Program-made: the position numbers and the translations under genes
In this document: positions 16,379 to 24,579 of the stretch, piece by piece
How positions within the stretch are numbered: position 1 is the stretch's first letter
How the letters are laid out: each line of letters opens with the position of its first letter
The notes under the pieces: generated by a model
Databases searched by the model: none
Seen by the model: only the letters and a program-made list of their open reading frames with translations
Told to the model about the DNA's origin: nothing
Source of the DNA: a virus
Taxonomy: Duplodnaviria > Heunggongvirae > Uroviricota > Caudoviricetes
IMG/VR virus record: IMGVR_UViG_2778261396_000002
DNA length: 29,073 nucleotides
Strand: one strand, 5' to 3'

Positions 16379-16662
16379 GCGAGATTAATTATCAGGAAGG
16401 GCATGAAACGGCGGGGCAAGCAAAACCAGTGGCATGGCGATATCGCTACGTGAAAAAAGGCGTTACGGACTTTCAGGGGAAGTAGTGGTCTGGTGACTGG
16501 AAATATGTACCGAAAAAAGAGGATTGTAACGACAGGCCGAACTATCAAATTCAGGCCTTATTCACTGCCTCACCAGTCCCAGTTACATCAGAAGAACTGG
16601 TTAAAGCTGTGCACTTTTATGAACAACTAAAACGCGAAAATCCACCAACATCCGGCAACTAG
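16375..16662 (+). pseudogene. Small ORF (95 codons) with in-frame amber TAG at 16483-16485
   Basis: MSEINYQEGHETAGQAKPVAWRYRYVKKGVTDFQGK*WSGDWKYVPKKEDCNDRPNYQIQALFTASPVPVTSEELVKAVHFYEQLKRENPPTSGN*. Confidence 0.35.
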
Positions 16663-16916
16663 ATTAATGGATTAACTATGTCGGTTAAACGACCAGCCAA
16701 CTGAAAAAGCGGAAACCTGATTACAGGTTGCCAGATAAGGCAATGAGCTACCTGGCGCGGAACGGACTGATAAGTATGGGGAATGTTTTACGATGAACCT
16801 TTAGACTAAAGAGTTTGTAACGCTATGTAAGTGATTTTTTCTGGTTTAGATATTTATATGTCCGGCCAAATTGAGGTGTGTTTAAATGTAATTGCACATT
16901 GATTGTAGGAGGAATA

Positions 16917-17096
16917 ATGAAAAACGCATTGCAGTTTTTGTTTGTTGCGTTCTGGTTGTTCGCATCATGTATGCCCATCATCTTCACAGCAAGGTATATG
17001 GAAAAAGTTGATGTTTTGATATTAATATTTGGATATATAAATGCCCTTTTTTTAGGGGTGTTCATGGCGGTCATGTGCATTGAATACTGGCGGTAA
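16917..17096 (+). CDS. Small two-TM membrane protein (59 aa)
   Basis: AGGAGG SD at 16907-16912 then ATG 16917: MKNALQFLFVAFWLFASCMPIIFTARYMEKVDVLILIFGYINALFLGVFMAVMCIEYWR. Confidence 0.45.
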   Translation: MKNALQFLFVAFWLFASCMPIIFTARYMEKVDVLILIFGYINALFLGVFMAVMCIEYWR

Positions 17097-17430
17097 ATAC
17101 AGCGAACTCCATTGGTTTAGTTGGATATTTACTGTGCTGGACAAAAACGGTTTGCGGGGAAATCTTAGTTAAGTAGAATGACTGCGGGTGCTTGAGGCTA
17201 TCTGCCTCGGGCATGGACACCAACGGCAGATAGAGAAAAGCCCCAGTTAACATTACGCGTCCTGCAAGACGCTTAACATTAATCTGAGGCCAATTTCATG
17301 CTAGACACATGTAGGTTAGCCTCTTACGTGCCGAAAGGCACGGAGAAGCAGGCTATTGTTAACACCAAGCTGTAATGTCCCCTTTGAACCATTCTAAAAT
17401 GTCCCCAGACAATTCTCTGGGGGATTTTTC

Positions 17431-18744
17431 ATGATCAAAGAGACTGTTACGATGAGTCATAAGGAACTCCACCGACTTCAGATTATTCAGGAACAAGCTG
17501 CGGCACGCATTGGCATTTCTATTCGGCAGGTTAAACGTCTGGTGCAACGGTATAGAAATGAAGGGCCTTCTGGTCTGGTTTCCCACCGACGTGGAAAGCG
17601 TCCTAATAATTCCTTTTCTACTGAATTCAGAGCAACAGTAATTTCACTCCTCAAAGGCCGTTACGCTGATTTTGGACCTACGTTTGCGTGCGAAAAATTG
17701 CGCGAGATACACGGTTTATCTTTATCCGTTGAAACTCTCAGAAAGTGGATGATAGAAGAGGGGTTATGGCGTGAACGCCGTCGTAAAATTGCCCGTATAT
17801 ATCAACGCCGCATGCGACGACCATCTTACGGTGAACTGATCCAGATTGATGGCTCACCTCATGACTGGTTTGAAAATCGAGGCCCCAGATGTACACTGAT
17901 CGTTTTCATTGATGATGCCACCAGTGCGTTGATGGCGTTGCGTTTTGTGCCTGCTGAAACAACCCGGGCTTACATGGAAACCCTCCGGGGTTACCTTAAT
18001 GATCATGGCGTACCGCTCGCTCTCTACTCTGATAGACACAGTATATTCAGGGTAAATAACCCAGAGCGGGAAGGTGAGCTGACCCAGTTCACTCGTGCGA
18101 TAAAGACACTGGGCATCGAGCCAATCCATGCCAACAGCCCGCAGGCAAAAGGGCGGGTAGAGCGCGCCAATCAGACACTACAGGACAGGCTGGTCAAAGA
18201 AATGCGGCTTCAGAATATCAGTGATATTGAAACAGCAAATGCATGGTTGCCGACCTTTATTGAAGCCTATAACAACCGGTTCGCTACGTCGCCTCGTACT
18301 ACTGATAATGCTCATCTTGATGTGCACCATTCTGAAGAGGAACTGGGTTATATCTTCAGCCTACAGGCGAAGCGCGTTCTGTCTAAAAATCTCACTTTCC
18401 AGTACAAAAGCAGTGCGTTTCAGGTACGCAGTGAGGGCCGGGGATATCGACTTAGGCATTCGGTTGTTACTGTATGCGAGAACTTTGACGGTGAAATTAA
18501 CGTTCTGTATGACGGGAAAGCGCTGGGCTGGGAAAAGTATGTTGATGGCCCGGAGCCTATACCACTGGATGATGAAAAGAGTGTCCATGAACGAGTGGAT
18601 AATGCCCGTATTGATTTACGCTCAAAATACTATGTTAAACCTAAAGCTGACCATCCCTGGCTTACGCGCCGAACGCAAAGTCATCAGCAAGTTAAGCCCC
18701 CGAAGTTACCTAAAAAGAAGCCTGATCCCGATAAAAAAGATTGA
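17431..18744 (+). CDS. DDE transposase, integrase-core (rve) type with N-terminal HTH; ISNCY(IS1202/ISPlu15-group)- or IS481-like (437 aa)
   Basis: ORF translation: HTH (GISIRQVKRLVQRY), DDE-type core (…IQIDGSPHDW…ALYSDRHSIF…ANSPQAKGRVERANQTLQ…); family from memory. Confidence 0.8.
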   Translation: MIKETVTMSHKELHRLQIIQEQAAARIGISIRQVKRLVQRYRNEGPSGLVSHRRGKRPNNSFSTEFRATVISLLKGRYADFGPTFACEKLREIHGLSLSVETLRKWMIEEGLWRERRRKIARIYQRRMRRPSYGELIQIDGSPHDWFENRGPRCTLIVFIDDATSALMALRFVPAETTRAYMETLRGYLNDHGVPLALYSDRHSIFRVNNPEREGELTQFTRAIKTLGIEPIHANSPQAKGRVERANQTLQDRLVKEMRLQNISDIETANAWLPTFIEAYNNRFATSPRTTDNAHLDVHHSEEELGYIFSLQAKRVLSKNLTFQYKSSAFQVRSEGRGYRLRHSVVTVCENFDGEINVLYDGKALGWEKYVDGPEPIPLDDEKSVHERVDNARIDLRSKYYVKPKADHPWLTRRTQSHQQVKPPKLPKKKPDPDKKD

Positions 18745-19140
18745 AACCAAGATCGATTCGGTTGAGTGCATATCCATTCATAGGGTAGATTCTTAAGTCG
18801 CGTTTCTGGTGTTCATTTTCGGGTGGTTTGTTACTTGTTTTACCGGGGATATGCCAGAAACGCGCTGAGTCAGTCTGGGCGGTGCGCGTAATGAGGCGTT
18901 ATGGTAAATAGCCTATGCTAATGTCCGCTAAGAGCAAGAAGCGGAAGTTGGCAGTTTTGTGGACTGTCCCCACAAAAGTGACTACAGAAATAGTTGCAAT
19001 TCATAATTGATCATGGGTTGTCAGTTAAACTCGTGGCGATTTAAATAGACTAATTGGGAGTGCGTCCATTACTTATATCTTGTAATGTTAACTATCAGAA
19101 ATGATACAAAGATAATATGTCTTTAAAGAAAAGGCTGATG

Positions 19141-19166
19141 GCGAAAAGTGGCCCGATGAGGGCCAC
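19141..19166 (-). terminator. Rho-independent terminator downstream of flxA
   Basis: GTGGCCC-GATGA-GGGCCAC hairpin followed by T-run on minus strand. Confidence 0.5.
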
Positions 19167-19180
19167 AATACGGCTGTCAC

Positions 19181-19513
19181 TTAGACGTAAATATCAATGG
19201 TGCCAGCGGTATTTGTATCGTCTTTTTTCTCTTCTTTTTTATCAGGCTGAACTGTCGCGTCTTCATTCTTTTTCTCTGCCTGCTGCCTTAACAACTGCTC
19301 CAGTTGAGCCCAGAGGCTTTCAATTTGCTTCTGTACCAATGCAGCCATTTCTTTTTTCTGCTGTGTCGTCATCCCCTCTTCCGATGAGATTTTCCCAAGC
19401 TTTTCAGTCAGCACCTGAATTTGTCTTGTGATTTTGGCTATTTCTGATGTTCCTTCCGGGGCGGAGTTGTTTGAAATAACGGTTGAGGTATTTCCCTGAA
19501 TTGTGACAGACAT
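19181..19513 (-). CDS. flxA: FliA-regulated protein FlxA (110 aa)
   Basis: ORF translation MSVTIQGNTSTVISNNSAPEGTSEIAKITRQIQVLTEKLGKI… coiled-coil, Lys/Glu-rich C-terminus. Confidence 0.9.
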   Translation of the reverse strand: MSVTIQGNTSTVISNNSAPEGTSEIAKITRQIQVLTEKLGKISSEEGMTTQQKKEMAALVQKQIESLWAQLEQLLRQQAEKKNEDATVQPDKKEEKKDDTNTAGTIDIYV

Positions 19514-19536
19514 AGATTTCTCCTTTTAAAAAAGCA

Positions 19537-19564
19537 CTATCGGCATGCACAAAAAAATCTTTAA
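19537..19564 (-). promoter_or_regulatory. Sigma-28 (FliA) promoter of flxA: TAAA-N15-GCCGATAG
   Basis: Minus-strand sequence TAAAGATTTTTTTGTGCATGCCGATAG immediately upstream of flxA start. Confidence 0.6.
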
Positions 19565-19715
19565 TCGTATTTCTTGTGTCATTAATTGTTTGATGTTCAG
19601 ATTGTTTTCCTCGCGGGCTGGCGCGCCTCAGAAAGTAAAGCTTGTTGACAGGGGTAAACGTTCGGCAATAATTTTCTGCCGCATGCGGGTGTTGCATAAA
19701 ACGTGTTACGTTCCT

Positions 19716-20021
19716 TTATCGACAGGTCAGGTCACCGCTCACCAGCCGACGAGAAAGCAACACTGACATGCTAAAGCAAAAAATAGATGAATAAGTTGAG
19801 TTGTGCATATGTAGCCTGACCGTCACAAAGTATATGGTGTCTGTACCAGTAAGATGATGGCCGGACTCTTTAAAAACGAGCTGACCTGCACAATACAGGA
19901 TGGACTTAGCAATGGCTGCTCCTGGCACAAAGCGGACAGTGATCACCGTTCTTACGACTACTTTCTGACTTCCTTCGTGACTTGCCCTAAGCATGTTGTA
20001 GTGCGATACTTGTAATGACAT
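19716..20021 (-). CDS. ydfV: Hypothetical prophage protein YdfV-like (101 aa)
   Basis: ORF of the recalled YdfV length, divergent from relB; start lies inside relBE operator region. Confidence 0.45.
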   Translation of the reverse strand: MSLQVSHYNMLRASHEGSQKVVVRTVITVRFVPGAAIAKSILYCAGQLVFKESGHHLTGTDTIYFVTVRLHMHNSTYSSIFCFSMSVLLSRRLVSGDLTCR

Positions 20022-20033
20022 TTGTAATTACAA
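20010..20033. promoter_or_regulatory. relBE operator/promoter inverted repeats (TTGTAATGACATTTGTAATTACAA)
   Basis: Inverted TTGTAAT/ATTACAA elements directly upstream of relB start codon. Confidence 0.5.
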
Positions 20034-20045
20034 GAGGTGTAAGAC

Positions 20046-20285
20046 ATGGGTAGCATTAACCTGCGTATTGACGATGAACTTAAAGCGCGTTCTTACGCCG
20101 CGCTTGAAAAAATGGGTGTAACTCCTTCTGAAGCGCTTCGTCTCATGCTCGAGTATATCGCTGACAATGAACGCTTGCCGTTCAAACAGACACTCCTGAG
20201 TGATGAAGATGCTGAACTTGTGGAGATAGTGAAAGAACGGCTTCGTAATCCTAAGCCAGTACGTGTGACGCTGGATGAACTCTGA
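20046..20285 (+). CDS. relB: Antitoxin RelB (79 aa)
   Basis: ORF translation MGSINLRIDDELKARSYAALEKMGVTPSEALRLMLEYIADNERLPF…. Confidence 0.95.
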   Translation: MGSINLRIDDELKARSYAALEKMGVTPSEALRLMLEYIADNERLPFKQTLLSDEDAELVEIVKERLRNPKPVRVTLDEL

Positions 20286-20572
20286 TGGCGTATTTTCTGG
20301 ATTTTGACGAGCGGGCACTAAAGGAATGGCGAAAGCTGGGCTCGACGGTACGTGAACAGTTGAAAAAGAAGCTGGTTGAAGTACTTGAGTCACCCCGGAT
20401 TGAAGCAAACAAGCTCCGTGGTATGCCTGATTGTTACAAGATTAAGCTCCGGTCTTCAGGCTATCGCCTTGTATACCAGGTTATAGACGAGAAAGTTGTC
20501 GTTTTCGTGATTTCTGTTGGGAAAAGAGAACGCTCGGAAGTATATAGCGAGGCGGTCAAACGCATTCTCTGA
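20285..20572 (+). CDS. relE: mRNA interferase toxin RelE (95 aa)
   Basis: ORF translation MAYFLDFDERALKEWRKLGSTVREQLKKKLVEVLESPRIEANKLRGMPDCYKIKLRSSGYRLVYQVIDEKVVVFVISVGKRERSEVY…; 1-nt overlap with relB. Confidence 0.95.
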   Translation: MAYFLDFDERALKEWRKLGSTVREQLKKKLVEVLESPRIEANKLRGMPDCYKIKLRSSGYRLVYQVIDEKVVVFVISVGKRERSEVYSEAVKRIL

Positions 20573-20643
20573 ACCAAAGCATGACATCTCTGTTTCGCAC
20601 CGAAGGTGACACTTCTGCTTTGCGTTGACAGGAGAAGCAGGCT

Positions 20644-20799
20644 ATGAAGCAGCAAAAGGCGATGTTAATCGCCCTGATCGTCATCTGTTTAACCGTCATA
20701 GTGACGGCACTGGTAACGAGGAAAGACCTCTGCGAGGTACGAATCCGAACCGGCCAGACGGAGGTCGCTGTCTTCACAGCTTACGAACCTGAGGAGTAA
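20644..20799 (+). CDS. hokD: Hok-family type I toxin HokD/RelF (51 aa)
   Basis: Manual translation MKQQKAMLIALIVICLTVIVTALVTRKDLCEVRIRTGQTEVAVFTAYEPEE*. Confidence 0.9.
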   Translation: MKQQKAMLIALIVICLTVIVTALVTRKDLCEVRIRTGQTEVAVFTAYEPEE

Positions 20800-20867
20800 G
20801 AGACCCGGCGGGGGAGAAATCCCTCGCCACCTCTGATGTGGCAGGCATCCTCAACGCACCCGCACTT

Positions 20868-20898
20868 AACCCGCTTCGGCGGGTTTTTGTTTTTATTT
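20868..20898 (+). terminator. Rho-independent terminator after hokD
   Basis: ACCCGC-TTCG-GCGGGT hairpin followed by TTTTTGTTTTTATTTT. Confidence 0.7.
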
Positions 20899-21015
20899 TC
20901 AACGCGTTTGAAGTTCTGGACGGTGCCGGAATAGAATCAAAAATACTTAAGTAGCGCGCAGGGATAAGAGGGATGGTCCCTTAAAGGGGAGAGCTAATTA
21001 TCCGGAAGGATTCTG

Positions 21016-21267
21016 ATGATGAACATCGAAGAACTGCGTAAAATTTTTTGTGAAGATGGCCTCTATGCTGTGTGCGTTGAAAATGGAAATCTTGTTAGTC
21101 ATTACCGCATTATGTGTTTGCGAAAGAATGGGGCTGCGTTAATTAATTTTGTGGATGCTCGGGTCACGGACGGATTTATCTTGCGCGAAGGTGAGTTTGT
21201 CACTTCATTACAGGCATTGAAAGAGATCGGAATAAAAGCTGGCTTTTCTGCTTTTTCAGGAGAATAA
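21016..21267 (+). CDS. rem: Prophage protein Rem (83 aa)
   Basis: ORF translation MMNIEELRKIFCEDGLYAVCVENGNLVSHYRIMCLRKNGAALINF…. Confidence 0.8.
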   Translation: MMNIEELRKIFCEDGLYAVCVENGNLVSHYRIMCLRKNGAALINFVDARVTDGFILREGEFVTSLQALKEIGIKAGFSAFSGE

Positions 21268-21333
21268 ACTCATCTACAATCTTGCGCGGGGCTGAACTCC
21301 CGCTGAGTAACACCGTGCCACCGGAGAAAACCG

Positions 21334-21612
21334 ATGGCACGCAACGCAAAATATTACAATTCTGATAATTCGCCCGTTCTTGCCTGCACGCACGGGCGGT
21401 ATTCTCACGCATTCAAGTCTGAATGGTTCCAGCACCCTCCATGCACTGCAGAACAGGCCGAATGGCTGATTCATTCTTACCGCAGGCGCGGGTTCGAGGT
21501 TAAGAAAGCTCTCAGTCTCGACTATCGGCACTGGATAATCTCTGTCAGGCTGCCTTATTCCGAACACCCACCACGTGCGTCCCGCACTTTCCAGCAACGG
21601 ATCTGGAGGTAA
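21334..21612 (+). CDS. Hypothetical prophage protein (92 aa), translationally coupled to ydfU
   Basis: ATG 21334 with GGAG SD; stop TAA 21610-21612 two nt before GTG start of ydfU. Confidence 0.5.
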   Translation: MARNAKYYNSDNSPVLACTHGRYSHAFKSEWFQHPPCTAEQAEWLIHSYRRRGFEVKKALSLDYRHWIISVRLPYSEHPPRASRTFQQRIWR

Positions 21613-21613
21613 C

Positions 21614-22663
21614 GTGCGGGTATTACTTAGACCTGTTCTGGTGCCTGAGCTTGGGCTGGTGGTCCTTAAGCCGGGCCGTGAATCCATACAGATATTTCAT
21701 AATCCTCGAGTGCTGGTGGAACCGGAACCAAAAAGCATGCGTAATCTGCCATCCGGAGTCGTTCCTGCCGTTCGCCAGCCGCTGGCGGAAGACAAAACAT
21801 TGCTGCCGTTTTTTAGTAACGAACGGGTGATTCGTGCTGCTGGCGGCGTTGGCGCATTGTCCGACTGGCTATTACGTCATGTTACATCCTGCCAGTGGCC
21901 TAATGGCGATTACCATCACACTGAAACAGTCATTCACCGTTATGGTACCGGCGCAATGGTGTTGTGCTGGCACTGCGACAACCAACTGCGTGACCAGACA
22001 TCGGAATCACTGGAGCTGCTTGCTCAACAAAATCTGACAGCATGGGTGATTGACGTCATCCGTCACGCAATAAGCGGTACGCAGGAGCGGGAATTATCTT
22101 TGGCTGAATTATCCTGGTGGGCGGTCTGCAATCAGGTGGTGGATGCACTACCTGAGGCTGTATCGCGTCGTTCGCTGGGATTACCAGCGGAAAAAATCTG
22201 CTCGGTGTACCGCGAAAGCGACATCGTACCGGGAGAGCAGACCGCCACCAGCATATTGAAACAACGCACAAAAAATCTTGCACCGTTGCCTTACGCCCAC
22301 CAGCAACAAAAATCACCACAGGAAAAGACGGTGGTAAGCATCACCGTTGATCCAGAGTCTCCGGAATCTTTCATGAAGCTGCCTAAACGTCGCCGCTGGG
22401 TTAAGGAGAAATACACACGTTGGGTTAAGACACAGCCGTGTGCTTGCTGCGGTATGCCAGCCGACGATCCGCATCATCTGATTGGTCACGGGCAGGGCGG
22501 AATGGGAACAAAAGCACATGATCTCTTTGTGTTGCCTTTGTGCAGAAAGCATCACAACGAGCTGCATACGGATACAGTGGCATTTGAAGATAAGTATGGC
22601 TCCCAACTGGAGCTGATATTTCGTTTTATCGATCGCGCGCTGGCAATTGGCGTACTGGCGTAA
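21614..22663 (+). CDS. ydfU: DUF968-family prophage protein YdfU (349 aa from GTG)
   Basis: ORF 21575..22663; GTG 21614 after GGAGG gives recalled length; C-terminal Cys/His cluster (CACCGMPADDPHHLIGHG…CRKHHNELH). Confidence 0.75.
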   Translation: MRVLLRPVLVPELGLVVLKPGRESIQIFHNPRVLVEPEPKSMRNLPSGVVPAVRQPLAEDKTLLPFFSNERVIRAAGGVGALSDWLLRHVTSCQWPNGDYHHTETVIHRYGTGAMVLCWHCDNQLRDQTSESLELLAQQNLTAWVIDVIRHAISGTQERELSLAELSWWAVCNQVVDALPEAVSRRSLGLPAEKICSVYRESDIVPGEQTATSILKQRTKNLAPLPYAHQQQKSPQEKTVVSITVDPESPESFMKLPKRRRWVKEKYTRWVKTQPCACCGMPADDPHHLIGHGQGGMGTKAHDLFVLPLCRKHHNELHTDTVAFEDKYGSQLELIFRFIDRALAIGVLA

Positions 22664-22676
22664 GTGGAGAACGAGC

Positions 22677-23429
22677 ATGAACCTTGAAGCCTTACCAAAA
22701 TATTACTCCCCAAAATCTCCAAAATTGAGCGATGACGCTCCAGCGACAGGCACCGGTTGTTTAACAATTACGGATGTAATGGCAGCGCAGGGGATGGTGC
22801 AGTCGAAAGCACCACTTGGGTTGGCCTTATTTCTGGCAAAAGTTGGTGTTCAGGACCCTCAGTTTGCGATTGAAGGCCTGCTAAATTACGCGATGGCACT
22901 GGATAACCCGACATTGAACAAATTGAGTGAAGAAATCCGGTTACAGATTATTCCTTTCCTCGTGAGTTTTGCCTTTGCTGATTACTCCAGGTCTGCGGCA
23001 AGTAAGGCTCGCTGTGAGCATTGTTCAGGTACGGGATTTTATAATGTATTGCGCGAAGTGGTGAAACACTACAGACGCGGGGAATCTGTAATCAAGGAAG
23101 AATGGGTGAAGGAACTATGTCAGCATTGCCATGGTAAGGGCGAAGCCAGCACAGCGTGCAGAGGGTGTAAGGGTAAAGGGATTGTTCTGGATGAAAAAAG
23201 AACCCGGTTTCATGGCGTACCGGTATATAAGATTTGTGGGCGTTGTAATGGAAACCGGTTTAGTCGTTTACCGACCACGCTGGCACGACGTCATGTCCAG
23301 AAGCTGGTACCAGACCTGACCGATTATCAGTGGTATAAGGGGTATGCGGACGTCATTGGTAAACTGGTAACAAAGTGCTGGCAGGAAGAAGCATACGCGG
23401 AAGCGCAATTGAGGAAGGTGACGAGATAA
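22677..23429 (+). CDS. quuQ: Late-gene antiterminator Q (QuuQ-like, 250 aa)
   Basis: Internal ATG 22677 of ORF 22647..23429: MNLEALPKYYSPKSPKLSDD…; Cys-rich zinc-binding region; position upstream of late promoter/terminator. Confidence 0.85.
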   Translation: MNLEALPKYYSPKSPKLSDDAPATGTGCLTITDVMAAQGMVQSKAPLGLALFLAKVGVQDPQFAIEGLLNYAMALDNPTLNKLSEEIRLQIIPFLVSFAFADYSRSAASKARCEHCSGTGFYNVLREVVKHYRRGESVIKEEWVKELCQHCHGKGEASTACRGCKGKGIVLDEKRTRFHGVPVYKICGRCNGNRFSRLPTTLARRHVQKLVPDLTDYQWYKGYADVIGKLVTKCWQEEAYAEAQLRKVTR

Positions 23430-23460
23430 ATGATTTTTGCTGAAGATGGCGACATGATGT

Positions 23461-23489
23461 TTGCATTTTTCAAAAAATATGGATAAAAT
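23461..23489 (+). promoter_or_regulatory. Candidate late promoter pR'-like (-35 TTGCAT, 17 bp, -10 TAAAAT)
   Basis: Hexamers read directly; lies between Q gene and strong terminator as in lambda pR'/tR'. Confidence 0.45.
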
Positions 23490-23535
23490 TTTTTCAACGA
23501 TGGGCTTTGTATACCCGACGTTAAGAAAAAGTAGA

Positions 23536-23560
23536 AAACCCGCTGATGAGCGGGTTTTGT
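23536..23560 (+). terminator. Rho-independent terminator (tR'-like)
   Basis: AAACCCGCT-GATG-AGCGGGTTTTGTGCTTT hairpin plus T-run. Confidence 0.7.
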
Positions 23561-23706
23561 GCTTTAAATGGGGCAATGGTAATGTTGAATCTCATCCCGG
23601 GACTCATGTCTGTTAACTTATTATTTAGCTGGTGACTTGGTTATTTGCCTGATGTTTAAAATGTTTTCTTCCAGTACAATGTCCCTAAACACAATGAGTC
23701 TGCTTA

Positions 23707-23796
23707 TTATATTATTAGCAGAGCTATTACGGCCAAAGTACAGCATAAGCTTTTAAAGCCAATCAACCAGTCATCAAGACAGACGGGGTTATTCAT
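23707..23796 (-). CDS. Small hydrophobic peptide ORF (29 aa) directly downstream of cspF
   Basis: Minus-strand GGAGAG SD then ATG: [29 protein letters not shown]; manual translation, below ORF-track cutoff. Confidence 0.3.
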
Positions 23797-23850
23797 AAAA
23801 ACTCTCCATGTGTGATCCGATGGGGCCTGAAATTAAAGCTTTAATATAGC

Positions 23851-24063
23851 TCATGAAAGGTAAACATTGGCAGCTGAAGGGCCACGCAGACCATTTATCC
23901 GGCAAAATTCCACGCGTAATCCGGTGGTAATTTCTTCTGCATCGCGGAGATTGAGCGCTGAAACATGAAGCTGGACATCGATACGACCATCGGATGGGGT
24001 GATAAGACCCTTGCCGCTTTTGCCGTCAAAGGTTTTGACAATTCCTGTCATTTTACGGGACAA
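23851..24063 (-). CDS. cspF: Cold-shock-domain protein CspF-like (70 aa)
   Basis: ORF translation [70 protein letters not shown]. Confidence 0.88.
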
Positions 24064-24363
24064 AAAAATTCCTTAATACTGATAACTTGGCGCACTATAC
24101 ACACGTTCCTGAAGAAAGCTATAGTTTTTTGATGGGGTTGAAGATGGCTGGATGTCTAAAATAAACATTGCTTCATATGTTCAACTATGCGTTAATGATT
24201 GCGTCGGTTTGAAGAACAGACGATATACGAAGTAGTTTACTAAAGCAGTTCTCATTTCAGGTGTTATTCACTTATTCCTTCTTTGAGTCTCTCCAATTAA
24301 GTACGAAGTCGTTTCTGTTATGCAAACCATTTATGCCGAAAGGCTCAAGTTAAGGAATGTAGA

Positions 24364-24579
24364 ATGTCAAATAAAATGACTGGTTTAGTAAAATGGTTTA
24401 ACGCTGATAAAGGTTTCGGCTTTATTTCTCCTGTTGATGGTAGTAAAGATGTGTTTGTGCATTTTTCTGCGATTCAGAATGATAATTATCGAACCTTATT
24501 TGAAGGTCAAAAGGTTACCTTCTCTATAGAGAGTGGTCCTAAAGGTCCTGCAGCAGCAAATGTCATCATTACTGATTAA
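24364..24579 (+). CDS. cspB: Cold-shock protein CspB (71 aa)
   Basis: ORF translation [71 protein letters not shown]. Confidence 0.93.
   Translation: MSNKMTGLVKWFNADKGFGFISPVDGSKDVFVHFSAIQNDNYRTLFEGQKVTFSIESGPKGPAAANVIITD

Noticed and set aside
16823-17253. Minus-strand ORFs 16823..17080 (85 aa) and 17071..17253 (60 aa)
   Set aside because: Antisense to the SD-initiated 59-aa membrane ORF or within the hairpin-rich segment; Asn/Ile-rich low-complexity translations without start signals.
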